From assembly GCA_038870455.1 (NCBI GenBank), contig JAWCPB010000028.1, positions 1 to 14,191 of the forward strand: 14,191 nucleotides of DNA, written 5' to 3'. The DNA comes from Candidatus Micrarchaeia archaeon (lineage in GTDB: Archaea; Micrarchaeota; Micrarchaeia; Burarchaeales; JACRGF01). Under the pieces are notes generated by a model. It did no database searches. It had not been told where the DNA came from and saw only the letters and a program-made list of their open reading frames with translations. Position numbers and translations under genes: made by a program. This document shows, piece after piece, positions 14,104-14,191 of the stretch. Position 1 is the stretch's first letter; each line of letters opens with the position of its first letter.

Positions 14104-14191
14104 GCCTCCGTAGCTCAGCGGTCAACCCTTTTCCCTCGCTTCGCTCGGCAAAAGCGTTGGCGGAAAAGTGGTTAGCTAGAGAGCGACCGCC
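14104..14191 (+). tRNA. 5' part of a tRNA (probably Thr; anticodon outside the window) with a 57-nt D-loop intron (14123-14179)
   Basis: GCCTCCG-TA-GCTC-AGCGGT[intron]A-GAGC-G-ACCGC-C reconstitutes positions 1-32, with BHB-like junctions. Thr is inferred only from the G1-C2-C3 acceptor start. Confidence 0.8.

Noticed and set aside
13528-14175. Plus-strand 215-aa ORF
   Set aside because: Antisense to the 169-aa gene and runs into the tRNA at 14104.

Overview
Archaeal chromosomal window. A DPANN-type, Micrarchaeota-like origin is inferred from trimmed proteins and non-canonical tRNA introns. It carries the conserved exosome/proteasome/RNase P superoperon on the minus strand: rpl15e-rnp3-rnp2-psmA-SBDS-rrp4-rrp41-rrp42-rpl37ae-rpoP-Brix-pcc1-pfdB-DHH, followed by a single-domain MGMT. 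Two plus-strand inserts interrupt it. The first (7728-10883) encodes a stand-alone protein with malonyl-CoA decarboxylase / PKS GNAT-like motifs plus a 660-aa protein with a DrmE-C-terminal-like N-domain and HEAT-like C-terminal repeats. The second (11820-12759) is a tandem pair of degenerate receiver-like domains. The left end holds a PadR regulator and a truncated membrane-anchored coiled-coil/repeat protein missed by the ORF track. The right end holds two intron-containing tRNAs: tRNA-Ser(CGA) with a 101-nt structured insert lacking a canonical BHB, and a partial tRNA (probably Thr) with a 57-nt D-loop intron in a near-perfect BHB. All homology calls come from motif recognition, not database searches.
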